From the human T2T-CHM13v2.0 reference genome, Homo sapiens: DNA of 64,000 nt. The notes beneath the pieces are model-generated. The model saw only the letters and a program-made list of their open reading frames with translations, was not told the DNA's origin and made no database searches. Where the stretch lies: the NCBI RefSeq assembly GCF_009914755.1, contig NC_060933.1; one strand, given 5' to 3'. Below, piece after piece: positions 37,168-53,565 of the stretch. The position numbers and the translations under genes are program-made. Each line of letters begins with the position of its first letter. The first letter of the stretch is position 1.

Positions 37168-38200
37168 AACAGGAGCTGCTGGCTTCCGGGTTCTCCTGGG
37201 CTGGCGCGGTACGTCCCGGAATCGCAGGCGCGCATCCCTTCCCGCCTGAGGGCCTGCCTGGCCGTGACTCCCGCCCCTCTTCTCCTCCGAAGAGACTTCG
37301 GGGCCGCTCCAGGGGCCGTCCGCAGCCACCGGGGATGGGGCTGAGGGTCGGTTCCTGCGCCTGTGCAGCCGCCGCCGGGCAGACCGCCTGGCTTGGCCGC
37401 AGCCACGGCGACATCCAGGCCCGGGTCTGCGAGGCTGGGCGCGCCAGCCAGCTTGGGAGTTGCCTGGCGCCTGTAGCTGGGCGCCCAGGTGGTGGAGCAT
37501 TGCCTGGGCGGCCTCTGGATCGCAAGTGCCCCTGGCCTGAGAGCCCGCCAGACCCTGCCCCCGCCCGGCTCCTCCTATGCCAGAGCTCCACACCTCTAGC
37601 CAAGGGCCCTCTGCAGCCATGGGGGATAGGGCTGAGGGCCGGTTCCCGCCCCCGTGCAGCTGCTGCAGGGCAGACTGCCTGGCTTGGCCGCAGCCACAGG
37701 GACATCTGGCCCTCGTTCCGAGATGTGGGAAGTGAGGGCGGACTGGGGAGTTGCCTGGAGGTTGCTGCCTGCACACAGAAGGCGGCTGCAGCTTGGGAGC
37801 CCAGGCGGGCTGGAGGTGCATGGCCTGGTCGGCCTCGGGATCGCCAGCGCGCCCAGCCTGAGGGCCCCCAGGCTGTGCCTCCCGCCCAGTCCTCCACCTG
37901 AGGGAGATCGGGGCCGTTGGTATGGGCCCTCAGCAGTCACCCCGTGTGGGGTTGAGCGGCGGCTTCTCAGTTCTCGCTCCTGTGCAGCCGCCGCCGCCGG
38001 TCAGAATGCCACTGGGACACCTGGCCCTGGTTCTGCGATGCTGACAGCGCGAGCGAGCTCGGGGGTTGCCAGGCAGCTGCTGCCTGCACACAGAGGGCGA
38101 CTGCAGCTTGGGCGCCCAGTCGGCGGAGCATGGTCTGGGTGGCCTCTGGAATGCGTGCGCTCGAGGCCTGAGGGACCCGCTGTTGGTGCCACCTGCCCTG
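37168..38200. repeat. GC-rich degenerate tandem repeat, about 3 units of 290-330 bp (CpG island)
   Basis: Unit motif at 37387, 37678 and (partly deleted) about 38009. Confidence 0.8.
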
Positions 38201-38957
38201 CTCTGCGCCTCTCCGCGCCTGGGCCCCCTCCGCGCCTGCGCCCCCTCCGCGCCTGCGCCGGCGCTCTGGGCCTCTCTGCCTTTGCGAAGGGCGCTCTGCC
38301 TTTGCTAGGGCAGAGCTGCCTTCTCCTCAGCACAGACCAGGAGAGCATCGCGAGGGCGGAGCTGAGTTCTCCTCTGCACAGACTTCGGAGATACAGCGAA
38401 GGCGGAGCAGTGTTTGCCTCAGCACAGACCCAGGCGGGCGGGCCGGGGGTACCGCGAGGGCGGAGCTGCGTTCTGCTCAGCACACACCCGGGGGACACCG
38501 CGAAGGCAGAGCAGCGTTCTCGTCAGCACAGACCTTGGGGGCACTGCCTCGCTTTGGGACAACTCGGGGCCGCATCAACGGTGAATAAAATCCTTCCTGT
38601 TTGTAGCCCTGAATAATCAGGGTCAGAGACCAGTTAGAAGGGTTCAGTGTGGAAAACGGGAAACCAAAAGCCCCTCTGAATCCTGCCCACCGAGGTTCTC
38701 CTCAGCCAAGGCGAGGCGGCCGCAGTGCGAGATCCACACTGCAGCCTCGGAAGACAAATGCGGCATTCCTAATGCAGACATGACACCCAAAGTATGACAC
38801 CCCCATTGCTCATGTAACAAGCACCTGTAATGCTAATGCGCTGCCTCAATACAAAAATATTAATATAAGATCCGCAATCCCCTCGCTGCCGTGCAGTCCA
38901 AAGACAGCCATCATAATAATCAACATTGACATAGTCAATACAAACTTAGTAACGAAC
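38200..38957 (+). repeat. TAR1 telomere-associated repeat with 29-bp and 37-bp-type subtelomeric repeat remnants
   Basis: gcgcctgcgccggcgc remnant, repeated gcggagctgcgttctcctcagcacagacc units, typical TAR1 body ending gtaacgaacc next to telomeric repeats. Confidence 0.9.
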
Positions 38958-39220
38958 CTAGGGTTAAGGTTGGTGTTAGGGTTAGGGGTTAGGGGTTAAG
39001 TTTAGGGTTAGAGGTTGGAGATAGGGATTGGGGTCAGAGTTAGGGGTTAGGAGTCAACGTTTAGAGTTAGGGTTTAAGAGATGTTAGGGGTTAGGGATTA
39101 GGGGTTAGGGCTGGGTTAGGGTGAGGGTTGGGGTTAGGGATAGTGGTTAGGGTTTGTGTCAGGGGTTAGGGGTCAGGGTCAGTGGTTAGGGGTCAGGGTC
39201 AGGGGTCAGGGTCAGGGGTC
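38958..39220 (+). repeat. Degenerate interstitial telomeric sequence (TTAGGG)n with TCAGGG/TTGGGG variants
   Basis: About 260 bp of ggttag/ggtcag units read directly. Confidence 0.95.
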
Positions 39221-43190
<3,970 letters not shown>

Positions 43191-43198
43191 GTCTTAGG

Positions 43199-44030
43199 CC
43201 CCACCACTGGGGCCGCTACACGTGACATGGGATGTGGGCCATCGGGCAAAGGGCGCGGAGATGGGGCGCTGCCAGGGGAGCCAAGGAGGAAAGAGAGCAC
43301 TTTCCAAATTGTCTTCCAGGGTTTCAATGTGCATTTTATTAACTCAGAATCTGTCGGGAATAATACTAGGGAGCTACCTTTCCCTGGAGATGGGTCTTGT
43401 CAGTGGAGTGAGATAGGCTGGGGGGAGGAAGAGGAATGGGAGGCTCAGTTTATAAATATTAAGATCAGCAAGGGTGTGCTGCTGGCAGGAGCAGAGGGAG
43501 CCTGGAGATTTGGGTGGCTGCCGTTGGTAAGTGGTTGCAATCCAGAGAGTGGGATTGAGTTCCTCCCTTGTCATGTTAGCATCCCGTTTCCTGGGCGCGG
43601 GTCTAATGCCCTGCAGGTGGTCATTTCACTCATGGTGGCTTTGTCTCTCTTCTGCCACCTCCAGACTCAGCTTCGCACTCCAGGGCTGCGTACCACCAGC
43701 CACTGTCATGTTAACCCCTTCCCAGGCCAATGTGTCCTTGGTCTGGAGCCCAATCTGCTGGACAGCCTGGGACCGTCCATTTTCGGGGTGGTGGGCAACC
43801 TGGTGGCCATCGTGGTGCTGTGCAAGTCGCGCAAGGAGCAGAAGGAGACCACCTTCTACACAGTTATGCGGCTGGTTGCCACCGACCTGTTGTTCACTTT
43901 GCTGGTGAGCCAGGTGACCATCGCCATGTACATGAAGGGCGGGTAACCTGGGGGCCAGCTGCTGTGTGAGTACAGCATCTTCAGCTTGTTCTTCTTCAGT
44001 CAGTCCGGCCTCAGCATCGTCTGTGCCATG
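43199..44030 (+). pseudogene. PTGER4P2: PTGER4 (prostaglandin EP4 receptor) pseudogene fragment: intron-like segment plus TM1-TM3 part of the first coding exon
   Basis: IFGVVGNLVAIVVLCKSRKEQKETTFYT matches EP4. ATG at 43708, frameshifts, TAA at 43944-43946, breaks off at ...ICAM (44030). Pyrimidine tract plus CAG acceptor at 43664. Copy number (P1/P2/P3) is provisional. Confidence 0.92.
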
Positions 44031-44039
44031 ATATCTATA

Positions 44040-44569
44040 CAGGTAATTTGTGTTAGACATTCTTAGAAGAGTTTCAAAAGTTTTATGTTTTTATCTGGGT
44101 TATAAACAGAGTCCTCAAATGCATACAAAGGAAATCATGCCATGATTGAATTTCAGCAGGAATAAGTTTATTTTACCTATTCAAAATTAAAATACTTTTG
44201 TTGTGTTTGAAAATGTGTTTTAAAGATATGTTTTTGAAAAAAGTTTAAGTAAATATTTAATCATGTCCCCTTTTCTATCCCAAGAAATAATTTCATATAT
44301 AGTTTATTTAAATTTTTTAACAAAAATGTAGCATAATTTTTTTAAATTATATATTTTATTTAACCCAATATATATCCAAAATATTGGGTCACTATGTAAT
44401 CAATATAAAAATTATTAGAGATAGTTTGCATTCTTTTTTCATATGAAATCTTTGAAATCCATTGTGTATTTTACATTTTAGGATGTCTCAACTCAAATGT
44501 GAAATTTTCATGGAGAATATTTGAACTGTATTTAGATTAATACAAATTGCAGTTAAAAAGTTTAATATA
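44040..44569. mobile_element. hAT-Charlie DNA transposon remnant (Charlie1/MER33-like)
   Basis: tatattttatttaacccaatatat.ccaaaatatt...aaatctttgaaatcc..tgtgtattttaca motif. Confidence 0.65.
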
Positions 44570-45478
44570 GATTTACCAGGGGGCGTGCAGCCCGCTTGCC
44601 AATCAGATCGCTGCTGAGCGGTCCCACAGCCAACCCCCGAAGAGCAGCCTGCTGGCTTCCCCAGTGCCCAGGAGTTGGGGATGTCCTACAAACCTACCAC
44701 CCCTGCCCCCAGCAGCACCCCCGGCTTCAGCACCCCTGGGCCAGGCACTCGGGTCCCTACAGGAAGCGTCCCGTCGCCGTCGGGCTCAGGGCCGGGAGCC
44801 ACTGCCCCTTGCAGACCGCTGTTTAAAGACTTTGGACCGCCTACCGTCGGTTGTGTGCAGGCCATGAAACCACCTGGTGCCCAGGGCTCCCAGAGCACCT
44901 ACACAGAACTGCTGTTGGTCACAGGGGAGATGGGCAAAGGGATCCGGCCCACCTATGCTGGCAGCAAGAGCGCCGCGGAGCGCCTGAAGACAGGTATCAT
45001 CCATCCCTAGTCAGAGTGCCTGGTGGAGACAGAGCGGAACGCCCACACTTAACAGGAAGCTCCTAGGCCTCTGTGTCTGGACTTCAGAGCACCTGCTTCT
45101 CCCTGGCCTTCATCCCTAGTTGCACTAACCATCCTGGGCTTCCTGTCCTGTGTCCCTTGATGGGTGCCCTCCAGGAACCAAGGGGCGGTTCTCACTGCAG
45201 GTGGCAGCACTAAGGACCCCCCTCCCCACCCCACCACGCCAACGCAACAAGAGTTAGCAGCGAGGTCCCCGTGAGTCCCACCCATGACCTACAGACAGTG
45301 TTGCCCACTGGAACTTTCTGTGGCCCCCACCACTCAGCCCTTCCCAGCACTTGTCCAGAGCCTCTTTCTCCCTCAGCACAGCTCAGGCCTCAGGCCTGAC
45401 ACTTCCCTGCCTTGTGTCTTTTGCTAAATATGACCTTTCTATATTAATAAAAGATGCTTTGGAGTTGTGCTCTCTAAA
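44570..45478 (+). pseudogene. CDK2AP2P2: CDK2AP2 processed pseudogene (ORF 44681-45010, 109 aa, frameshifted near the C-terminus)
   Basis: Intronless MSYKP..PSSTPG..GAQGSQSTYT..IRPTYAGSKSA..GIIH. AATAAA at 45446-45451. 15-bp TSD aaaaagtttaatata at 44555-44569 and 45479-45493. Copy number provisional. Confidence 0.95.
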
Positions 45479-45624
45479 AAAAAGTTTAATATAAAGGAGA
45501 AATAAAAGGAAATTTAGCAAAGAAATATGTAGATGAATATTTAAATACTCAGAGGTGACATTACTACCAGACATAATGAGATTATCAGATGTTTCATTTA
45601 CTTATGATTAATATGTTTGTATTT

Positions 45625-45931
45625 ATTTTTTATTCATTTTATTTTATTTATGTATTTATTTATTTTTATTATACTTTAAGTTCTAGGGTACATGTGCACA
45701 ACGTGCAGGTTTGTTACATCTGTATACATGTGCTGTGTTGGTTTGCTGCACCCATTAACTTGTCATTTACATTAGGTATTTCTCCTAATGCTCTCCCTCC
45801 CCCAGCCCCCCACCCCATGACAGGCCCCAGTGTGTGATGTTCCCCTGCCTGTGTCCAAGTATTCTCATTGTTTAATTTCCACCTATGAGTGAGAATATGC
45901 AGTGTTTGGTTTTCTGACCTTGCGATAGTTT
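45625..45931 (-). mobile_element. L1PA (L1PA7-like) short 3' end
   Basis: (TTTA)n tail plus ttattatactttaagttctagggtacatgtgcac. Confidence 0.9.
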
Positions 45932-47744
45932 AAACAAACTAGGAAGTTCAGAAGTCACTTTACAAGAGAAATAAAGAAAAATAAAGTATTAATGACATTG
46001 GTAACAGAATAAAAATTAGAGTTAGACAAAGTATTAACAAGCAAGCTTATATATTTATAAGAGATGGGAAAATATTAGAAAGGAATAAATCATGTCTTGT
46101 CAACATGAAGAAAAAGTGTATTTTTTTTGTTAACTTATTATTGTGTTTCCTTGTATAATTTTCACTTGGTTTTGTTGGTTTTACTACTTGCTTCATTCTT
46201 TCAAAAACTACATCTTCATAGACCATTTCAGCTTTTGCTATGTGGGCAGAATTATAAAACCCAATTTCAAAATTTCAACTGAACGTTGTCAGCATTTTTC
46301 TTTGGGCTTTTTATTGAAAAAAAATCCTAATTGTGTGTGTGTGTATTTTAGTATGACCATGAATGTAATAACAATAAAATAAAACAAAAACAAATGGATA
46401 TGCAATATGTTGGACTAGCATCTCAAATATGAAAAAGGCATTGCCAACAGTGATATAATTTTTTTTATAATGGTAAGCTTTTTAAAGTATAATCTTATTT
46501 TAACCTAAAATCTTACTATCAGAAAATGCAGTGTACATTAAAATGTTCTGAAATGCTTTATTCACATTTATTAAATGGTTGTACTCACTCAGATATCTAC
46601 AAATTGGTTTTTCACTTATGTAATTATCTTATAGAATGTTCAAAAGTCATGCAGAATGTGAGATAATTTTCTATTGAATATGATTGTTTTATCATTGCAA
46701 GACATCAAACATCCCTGTTTCCTGCCAAATGAATGTACAATAGCAATAAATGTAAAGATGTGTTTTTTGGAAAAGACACATTTTTGAGTTATAAAACAAG
46801 GATTTTAAAACTTGAATTGTTACAGTGAGTATGTCTTAATATAGGCTACAGTCACTTTAGATAAAAAATTACCTCACATCTATTTTCAATATTACTTAAA
46901 GATGTTCATTTAGTGGCAAATATTTTTTTTTTTGCCTAGAGGCAGATATTTTGCCACATGGCTATTTATGAAACTGTATTTAAATGCATGTACACATATA
47001 AAAGCTGCCACTGTGGCTGTAAACTATTACAAGTTATCAAGATTAAAAAATAAACAAAAAATATTTCAGTTTTTCTATGAAATGTCTTTACTCGAGTCCA
47101 AATTTAGAGGTTTAAAATGCTTCAAATTAATAAAACCAAGTGTTTCACATATTTCAGTTGGAATGGCATTTGTCCTAGTTTTATTAGTGAAGCAGCAGAC
47201 TGCATTTTTTCACTCTCATACACCTTCAAAAGATGGACAGAAAAATTTGATAAAACTTCTAGGGCATTATCTGATGAAACACATTAAACACTAAAGGAGA
47301 TATACAACTTCATTGCTTGTAAAAGACATATAAGAAGGAAACCTACATACATATATCTATCAGTTTTGTATTTTCAGGAAATATTTGCTTTAAAGTGAGC
47401 TTCATAACAGTATGTGTTCTCCAACAAAGCCAAGGAAAGTGAGTTTGACACAAGGATCTGGAAGTCTACCTGTGTGGCATAATTACGTTGAATACATTCC
47501 ACAAATAAGGCAGAAATGTATAGTAGAGTGTCCATTATAGAGGAACACTCAATAAATATTTAATAAAGTGCTTAAAATTTCTCATTATTGACCTGAACAA
47601 TGAGTATACTTATTATGTTTGCCAGTGACAGATATTAAAAGTGGAGATTGAAGGAAAAATGATGTATAGAAGAGAGATTTTACCTTCAAAGTGACATAAA
47701 TAATTTGAAGGAATTGAGGGAAGTGACTTGCTTAAATATCCATA

Positions 47745-48005
47745 CAGTAAATATTTATTGTATGCTTACTGTGTGCACTGGGAATTAAGCAGTGAAAAAA
47801 ATACAAAGGAAAACATCAACAACATCTCTTCTATCATGGAGCTTACATTCTACCAGTAAGAGAAAGACCATCAACAAATACATATGTAGTATAACATGAC
47901 TATGAATGGTATGGAGAAAAATAAGAACAGTAAGGGGGATGCGGGGGCCTGGGGATTTATTTTATATAAGGTTAGACAACAAAGGCCTCATTACTAAGTA
48001 ATTTT
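47745..48005 (-). mobile_element. L2 3' end
   Basis: aaatatttattg..tgcttactgtgtgc...catggagcttacattcta. Confidence 0.7.
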
Positions 48006-48074
48006 ATGCAATCCTTTTTTCAATTTATTTATTTGTTGATTCCATAATACTTATTTATGTATTTATGTATTTTT

Positions 48075-48375
48075 GATTTATTTTTTATTTTTAGAATCAG
48101 GGTCTCACTCTGTCACCCAGGCTGAAGTGCAGGGGCGTGATCATAGTTCACTGTAACCTTACTCCTGGGCTCAATTGATCCTCCCATCTCAGCCTCCCAA
48201 GTATCTTGGTCTACAGGCACCTACCACCATGCTTGGCTAATTAAAAAAAAAAAAATTAGAGATGGGGTTGTGCTACGTTGCCCAGGCAGGTGTCAAAATC
48301 TTGGCCTCAAGCAATGCTCCTGCTTTGGCCTGTCTAAGCATTGGGATTATAGGCATGGGCCACCGTGCCTGGCCC
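48075..48375 (-). mobile_element. AluJ
   Basis: cagggtctcactctgtcaccc...cctgggctcaa; diverged dimer. Confidence 0.9.
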
Positions 48376-48786
48376 TGTAATATGTATTTAGCATATACAC
48401 TGTGATAGGCACAAGAAAGTCTCTGATAGTTCAGTAAAAAACTGCAATGATGTTTGCAACAGGTAATTAAGTTTGGCCACGATTCTTTTGAGTGTCATAA
48501 CACTGTCCTAAGAAAAAGTCTATATTTCCACTTTACTGGGTGTGTGAAACTCAAACTCAAGGTTAAAAAGCTCTGATTTTTGGTTGAAATCATAATCCAA
48601 CTAAAAGCCAGAAATGTGGAGCCATTTTTTTTATTTTAAGTGAATCATAAGCAGTCTTGTATTTAAGACAGATAAAATTATTGTACAGTATTATGTTTTC
48701 TGTACTTAAAATGAGAGAAAACCACGAGGGTTGTTAATGTTTGAAAAAAGAAGGCATCTATGAGGAAGCTTTATATTGGTAGAAAG

Positions 48787-49270
48787 TGTGAAAGGAAAAT
48801 AAAATCTCAGGACCCCAAACTCACTATGACAAAGGAAAATTAAGCTTGGAACCTGAGTCATGCAAAAACTGCCATCCTTTTGTTCCCAAACAGCTGTAAT
48901 TTCATATGCTTACTTTAACTTATGTAAAATGTAGATTTCCTGAGAGAGAAGATGAATGCACAACTGACTCCTTCCTCCTGTTTTTGCCACATGTAACATA
49001 TAGATTCACTGAGCACTAATCAGAGCCTCACAAGAATGTAGCCATTAGCTTTCTTGCCTTCCCTCTCTCCTTCTTTTCCTCCCCTGTTTTAGTTTCCTGC
49101 CTGCTTCCTCTTTCTCCTTTAAATATTGAAGTTCCCAAAACCCTCTTTAGAAAAAGCACAGGACATCACCTACTTGTGACTTGTGACCCTTTTCCCAAGT
49201 GTATCCTCCACCTTGCAAAGCAAAATCTCTAAATCACTTGAGATCTGCCTCATTCACTTATTGGTTTACA
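48787..49270 (+). mobile_element. Solo LTR, MER4 group (ERV1)
   Basis: tgtgaaaggaaaataaa...ggtttaca; 4-bp TSD AAAG (48783-48786 and 49271-49274). Confidence 0.8.
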
Positions 49271-49725
49271 AAAGGAAGTTGGAAAAAACCACTCTTCTTG
49301 CAATGCACAAATGACTGTTTTATAGTAACTTTATTGCCTATGCAATCAATCACATATTTGATATAATTATAGTATCAGATGATAAATGTAGATGTAAAAA
49401 ATCTATCTGTAAAAGTGACTTTTCTTATTTCCCCTCTCTCCTTTTCTCCCCTACTGTGCTTTGAATTCTTTATTTTCATATTCACTTTGCTGGCTTCGGA
49501 TCATTTCCAAACCTACTCTAATGGTAGCATGATAGCATCCAGTGAGTTTGTTGTTGTTGCTGTTGTGATAGGACCATAGACTTTCACATCTAGTTGTGAT
49601 ATCACATGCTCACATTGTCTAACTACTTCATTTTACAGTTGAAGAAATTGAGACACAAGGTAAGGTGACCTGCCCAGTTCCAATCTAGTTATATAATAAA
49701 AGAATGGCTAATATTTAATAAATAA

Positions 49726-50184
<459 letters not shown>

Positions 50185-52387
50185 AGTAAGGCACTATTTT
50201 TATCTCTATTTAAAAATGTAGAAACTGAGCCAAAGAGAGGATATGGTATTTGCCTGGGATCATAGGATTAGTAAATGTCTGAGTTGGTATTTAAAGGCAG
50301 GCTTCCAGATTTCATAGCCCATCCACAATCGCATGCCACTCAAGTCTTCTGGCTCCGACTTCTCTGCAATTTACACAGCCCTACACTGCCTTCCTCCTAA
50401 ACTCTCCAACCTCCTATTTTTTTCAGCTCTAAACTTTGATTCCCTGAACACAGCAGTCAGGGACAGGTGGAAGATTGTTGTGAAAAGAACAGGCAGCAGC
50501 ATTACGGTTTAGCCTGTTTTTATATCTATTTTATTCTACAGATTAGTGTACTTTTCTCAATTATGCATACTTTTCCATTCTGCCAAAAATTTATTTTAAG
50601 GCTGTTAAAGCTGTAGTCAATTTTCTCACTTTGATCTTCCAAAGGAACCTGCCGTATCTTTTTCATTCTGTGCAAAATAGGCATTTTAGGATCCACTCAA
50701 TGCTAAAGTCACTGAGTAGCTACAGACTTGCTATTTGTTTCTCCATTGTTATATTTTCATAGTTTTAGAATCTGAGCAGCATTTAATTTGTCTATGCTTT
50801 ATATTTTCCTTTAGAGAAAGAACACAGTGATACTTGCTCATAGTGTTAGAGGAATAATCCCAAAGAGAGAAATTATTCTTCGAATATCCACCATGACTGA
50901 ATACTTAGTAATACTGAAACCTACTTATAAAACAAAACAGAAAACCTCCAAAAAACCAAATAAACAACAAAAAAAACTTAAAACCAAAAAAGTACTGGAA
51001 GTCTCAGAAGTATTTAGCAGTTATTCTTGCTCCTTCAAATGAAAAGATGCTTTATCGTATCCTCTATGGAGAGAATTCTGACAGTATTTATCAAAGACCT
51101 TACATTTATTCACCTTTTGCCCTAAAAATTTCATAACTTAAAAATACATACAACAATTTATAATATAGCATTTTTTGTAAAGGGAAATAATCAGAAAGAG
51201 CCTAAGTGTTCAACAATAGGGCACTTGTTGAATTATGATACAATCACACAATAAGGTCTTCATAGAGCCCATTAAAATGATGTTATTGATATTTATTTAT
51301 TAATAGGAGAAATCATTTAGAATTTTTGGTTAAGACCTTTAACTAAGCACAAAGTCTATGAAATAATGTGCACAACATTCCATATTTTCATAAGGGGAAT
51401 GACTTTTAAAACTACCCTGCAATCATCTCATTTTACACAAATGTCTAGGCAGGTTTGTTACCCAGGTATATTGTGCCATGCTGAGGTTTGGGGTATGACT
51501 GATCTCATCATGCAGATACGAAGCTTAGTACCCTGTAGTTTTTCAACCCTGGCTGCCCTCCCTACTGCCTCTACTAGTCTCCATTGTCTATTATAGTCAT
51601 CTTTTCTTTTTTTAAAAAAAATCTGTTTTTCTGATTTTTTTATTAGGTAAAAAATGGAAAAACAAAATATAATTTTCATTCAATACATATTTCATCTTTA
51701 TGCGTTATTTTTTGAGAAAGTGAAGTCCATTTAGAATGATAGCAGTTCATCAACCAAATAATTCATCTTCACACAGTTTCAATTACTTCAGAAATTTTCT
51801 TCATCTCTCTCTCTGTAGAAATTCTCAAACTGTGGAATGGTCATCTTTATCGTCATAAATACTGTCATCTTTATGTCCAAGAGTATCCAACATTTAGCTA
51901 CCAAACTACTACCCAAATCTGATTAATTGATCATGTTGATTCTGTCACATTCTACTTGTCATATCAGATTTTTATTAAAGAAATCATTAGCTTATCTATT
52001 ATTGTTACTGGGGCTGTAAGAAAATTTTATAAGTCATTTGGATCAATCCTCTTCTTTATGGTCTTATTTGAGAATAAAACTTGGTTCTGTCTTAGCCTGT
52101 CATTGAATAAGCCAGTGATCTGGGGCAAATCTAACTGCTTCATCTGTAAACTATGAATGATAATAGAGTCCCTCTGCCTGTCACACATGGGTATAGTAAG
52201 GTTCCATTTTAAAAATGGCTCTTATTATGTTACCTGAAAGGCATTCTATAATGATGAGTGGCAAGGTGGTCTTAGCAACAGTGTGGTGAAAATTGGGACC
52301 ATTTTCTGTCGCTATCATTTCTATTTTTGTGATACCCTCTTTAAATTAGTCTTAGGATGTAATTCAAAGGAGTGATGTAATTGGAAT

Positions 52388-52696
52388 TTTCTTCTTTTTT
52401 TTTTTTTTTTTTTTTGAGACAGAGTTTCCCTCTGTCGCCCAGGTTGGAGTGCAGTGGCGCAATCTGGGCGCACCGCAAGCTCCGCCTCCTGGGTTCACGC
52501 CATTCTCCTGCCTCAGCCTTGTGAGTAGCTGAGACTACAGGCGCCCGCCACCGCACCTGGCTAATTTTTTGTATGTTTGGTTGAGACGGGGTTTCACCAT
52601 GTTACCCAGGATGGCCTCGATCTCCTGACCTCATGATCCGCCCAGCTCGGCCTCCCAAAGTGCTGGGATTACAGGCGTGAACCACCGCGCCCGGCC
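52388..52696 (-). mobile_element. AluY
   Basis: Full dimer with AluY diagnostics; TSD taattggaa. Confidence 0.92.
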
Positions 52697-53565
52697 CATA
52701 ATTGGAAATGTTTGTACTGTTAGATCTAAGAGTATTTTATGTGGTATAATAAAAGATTAATTTAGTGAACCTCATTAGATAATTAGCATGGAATATATTA
52801 TGCACTGCCATGCAGGGGCCTAAGAGAATGGTCCACACGTCTTGCGAAGTTGATATGAAGACAGGCAACAAGACAGTCTAGCTGAGTAAAAGTCTGTAGA
52901 CATCTCTAAGGAGGAGTGGTTAGAGAATGCCCTGACGGTGGATAGCTGGCATATTTTACCCCAGAAAGAAGAGCACAGAGTGGCAGAGAGTACTTGAGAT
53001 TTAAATAAGAAAAGAGGATGAAAAAATTACTTTCACTAATTATAAATTTTCTCAAGAATGGACTTATTCTCTATTTTCTATTGCCTCTTGAGAAATCATT
53101 ATTTTGCATTCAGTCAACATGATTATTAAGACTAATTGTGGAGGGTGTTCAAAATGGAAAAACAGCGGTCCCTAGGATTATATTGTATTTATGAATGATC
53201 ACTCATTTGTAACTTTTCCTTCAGTTAGATGTTTTTTAATGCAAAAATACCTTTTAAGCACCAGTACAATTTGTGAAACGAAATGTGAAATTCAGGCATA
53301 TATGTAATTTTATGTGTAAAATATTCCCTTTTTTTCTGTTAATGAAGTAAGTATGTTTAACATGAGATATATCCTCTTAATAAATTTTTAACTGCTCAAT
53401 AGAATCTTGTTAACTATAGGTGCTCTGTTGACAGCAGATCTCTAGAACTTATTCATCTGTTATAACTGAATTTTATACCCATCAAACAGCAACCCCCATT
53501 TCCCCTCCTTCAAGACCCTGGCAACCAGTATTCTACTCTGTTTCTAGGAGTTTAACTATTTTAGA

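Noticed and set aside
38280-38540. CRISPR-like repeat-spacer array
   Set aside because: These are degenerate TAR1 subrepeats in primate DNA with no unique spacers or cas genes.
37099-38616. 240-320 aa ORFs on both strands (also at 33201-34153)
   Set aside because: Open frames in GC-rich repeats and TAR1; low-complexity A/G/P/R translations with no domain.
38958-39220. Head-to-head telomere fusion site
   Set aside because: Only the G-strand orientation is present; there is no opposing (CCCTAA)n array.
43227-43946. 239-aa ORF as a functional EP4 variant
   Set aside because: The N-terminal part reads through intron-like sequence; only about TM1-TM2 is EP4-like before a premature stop.
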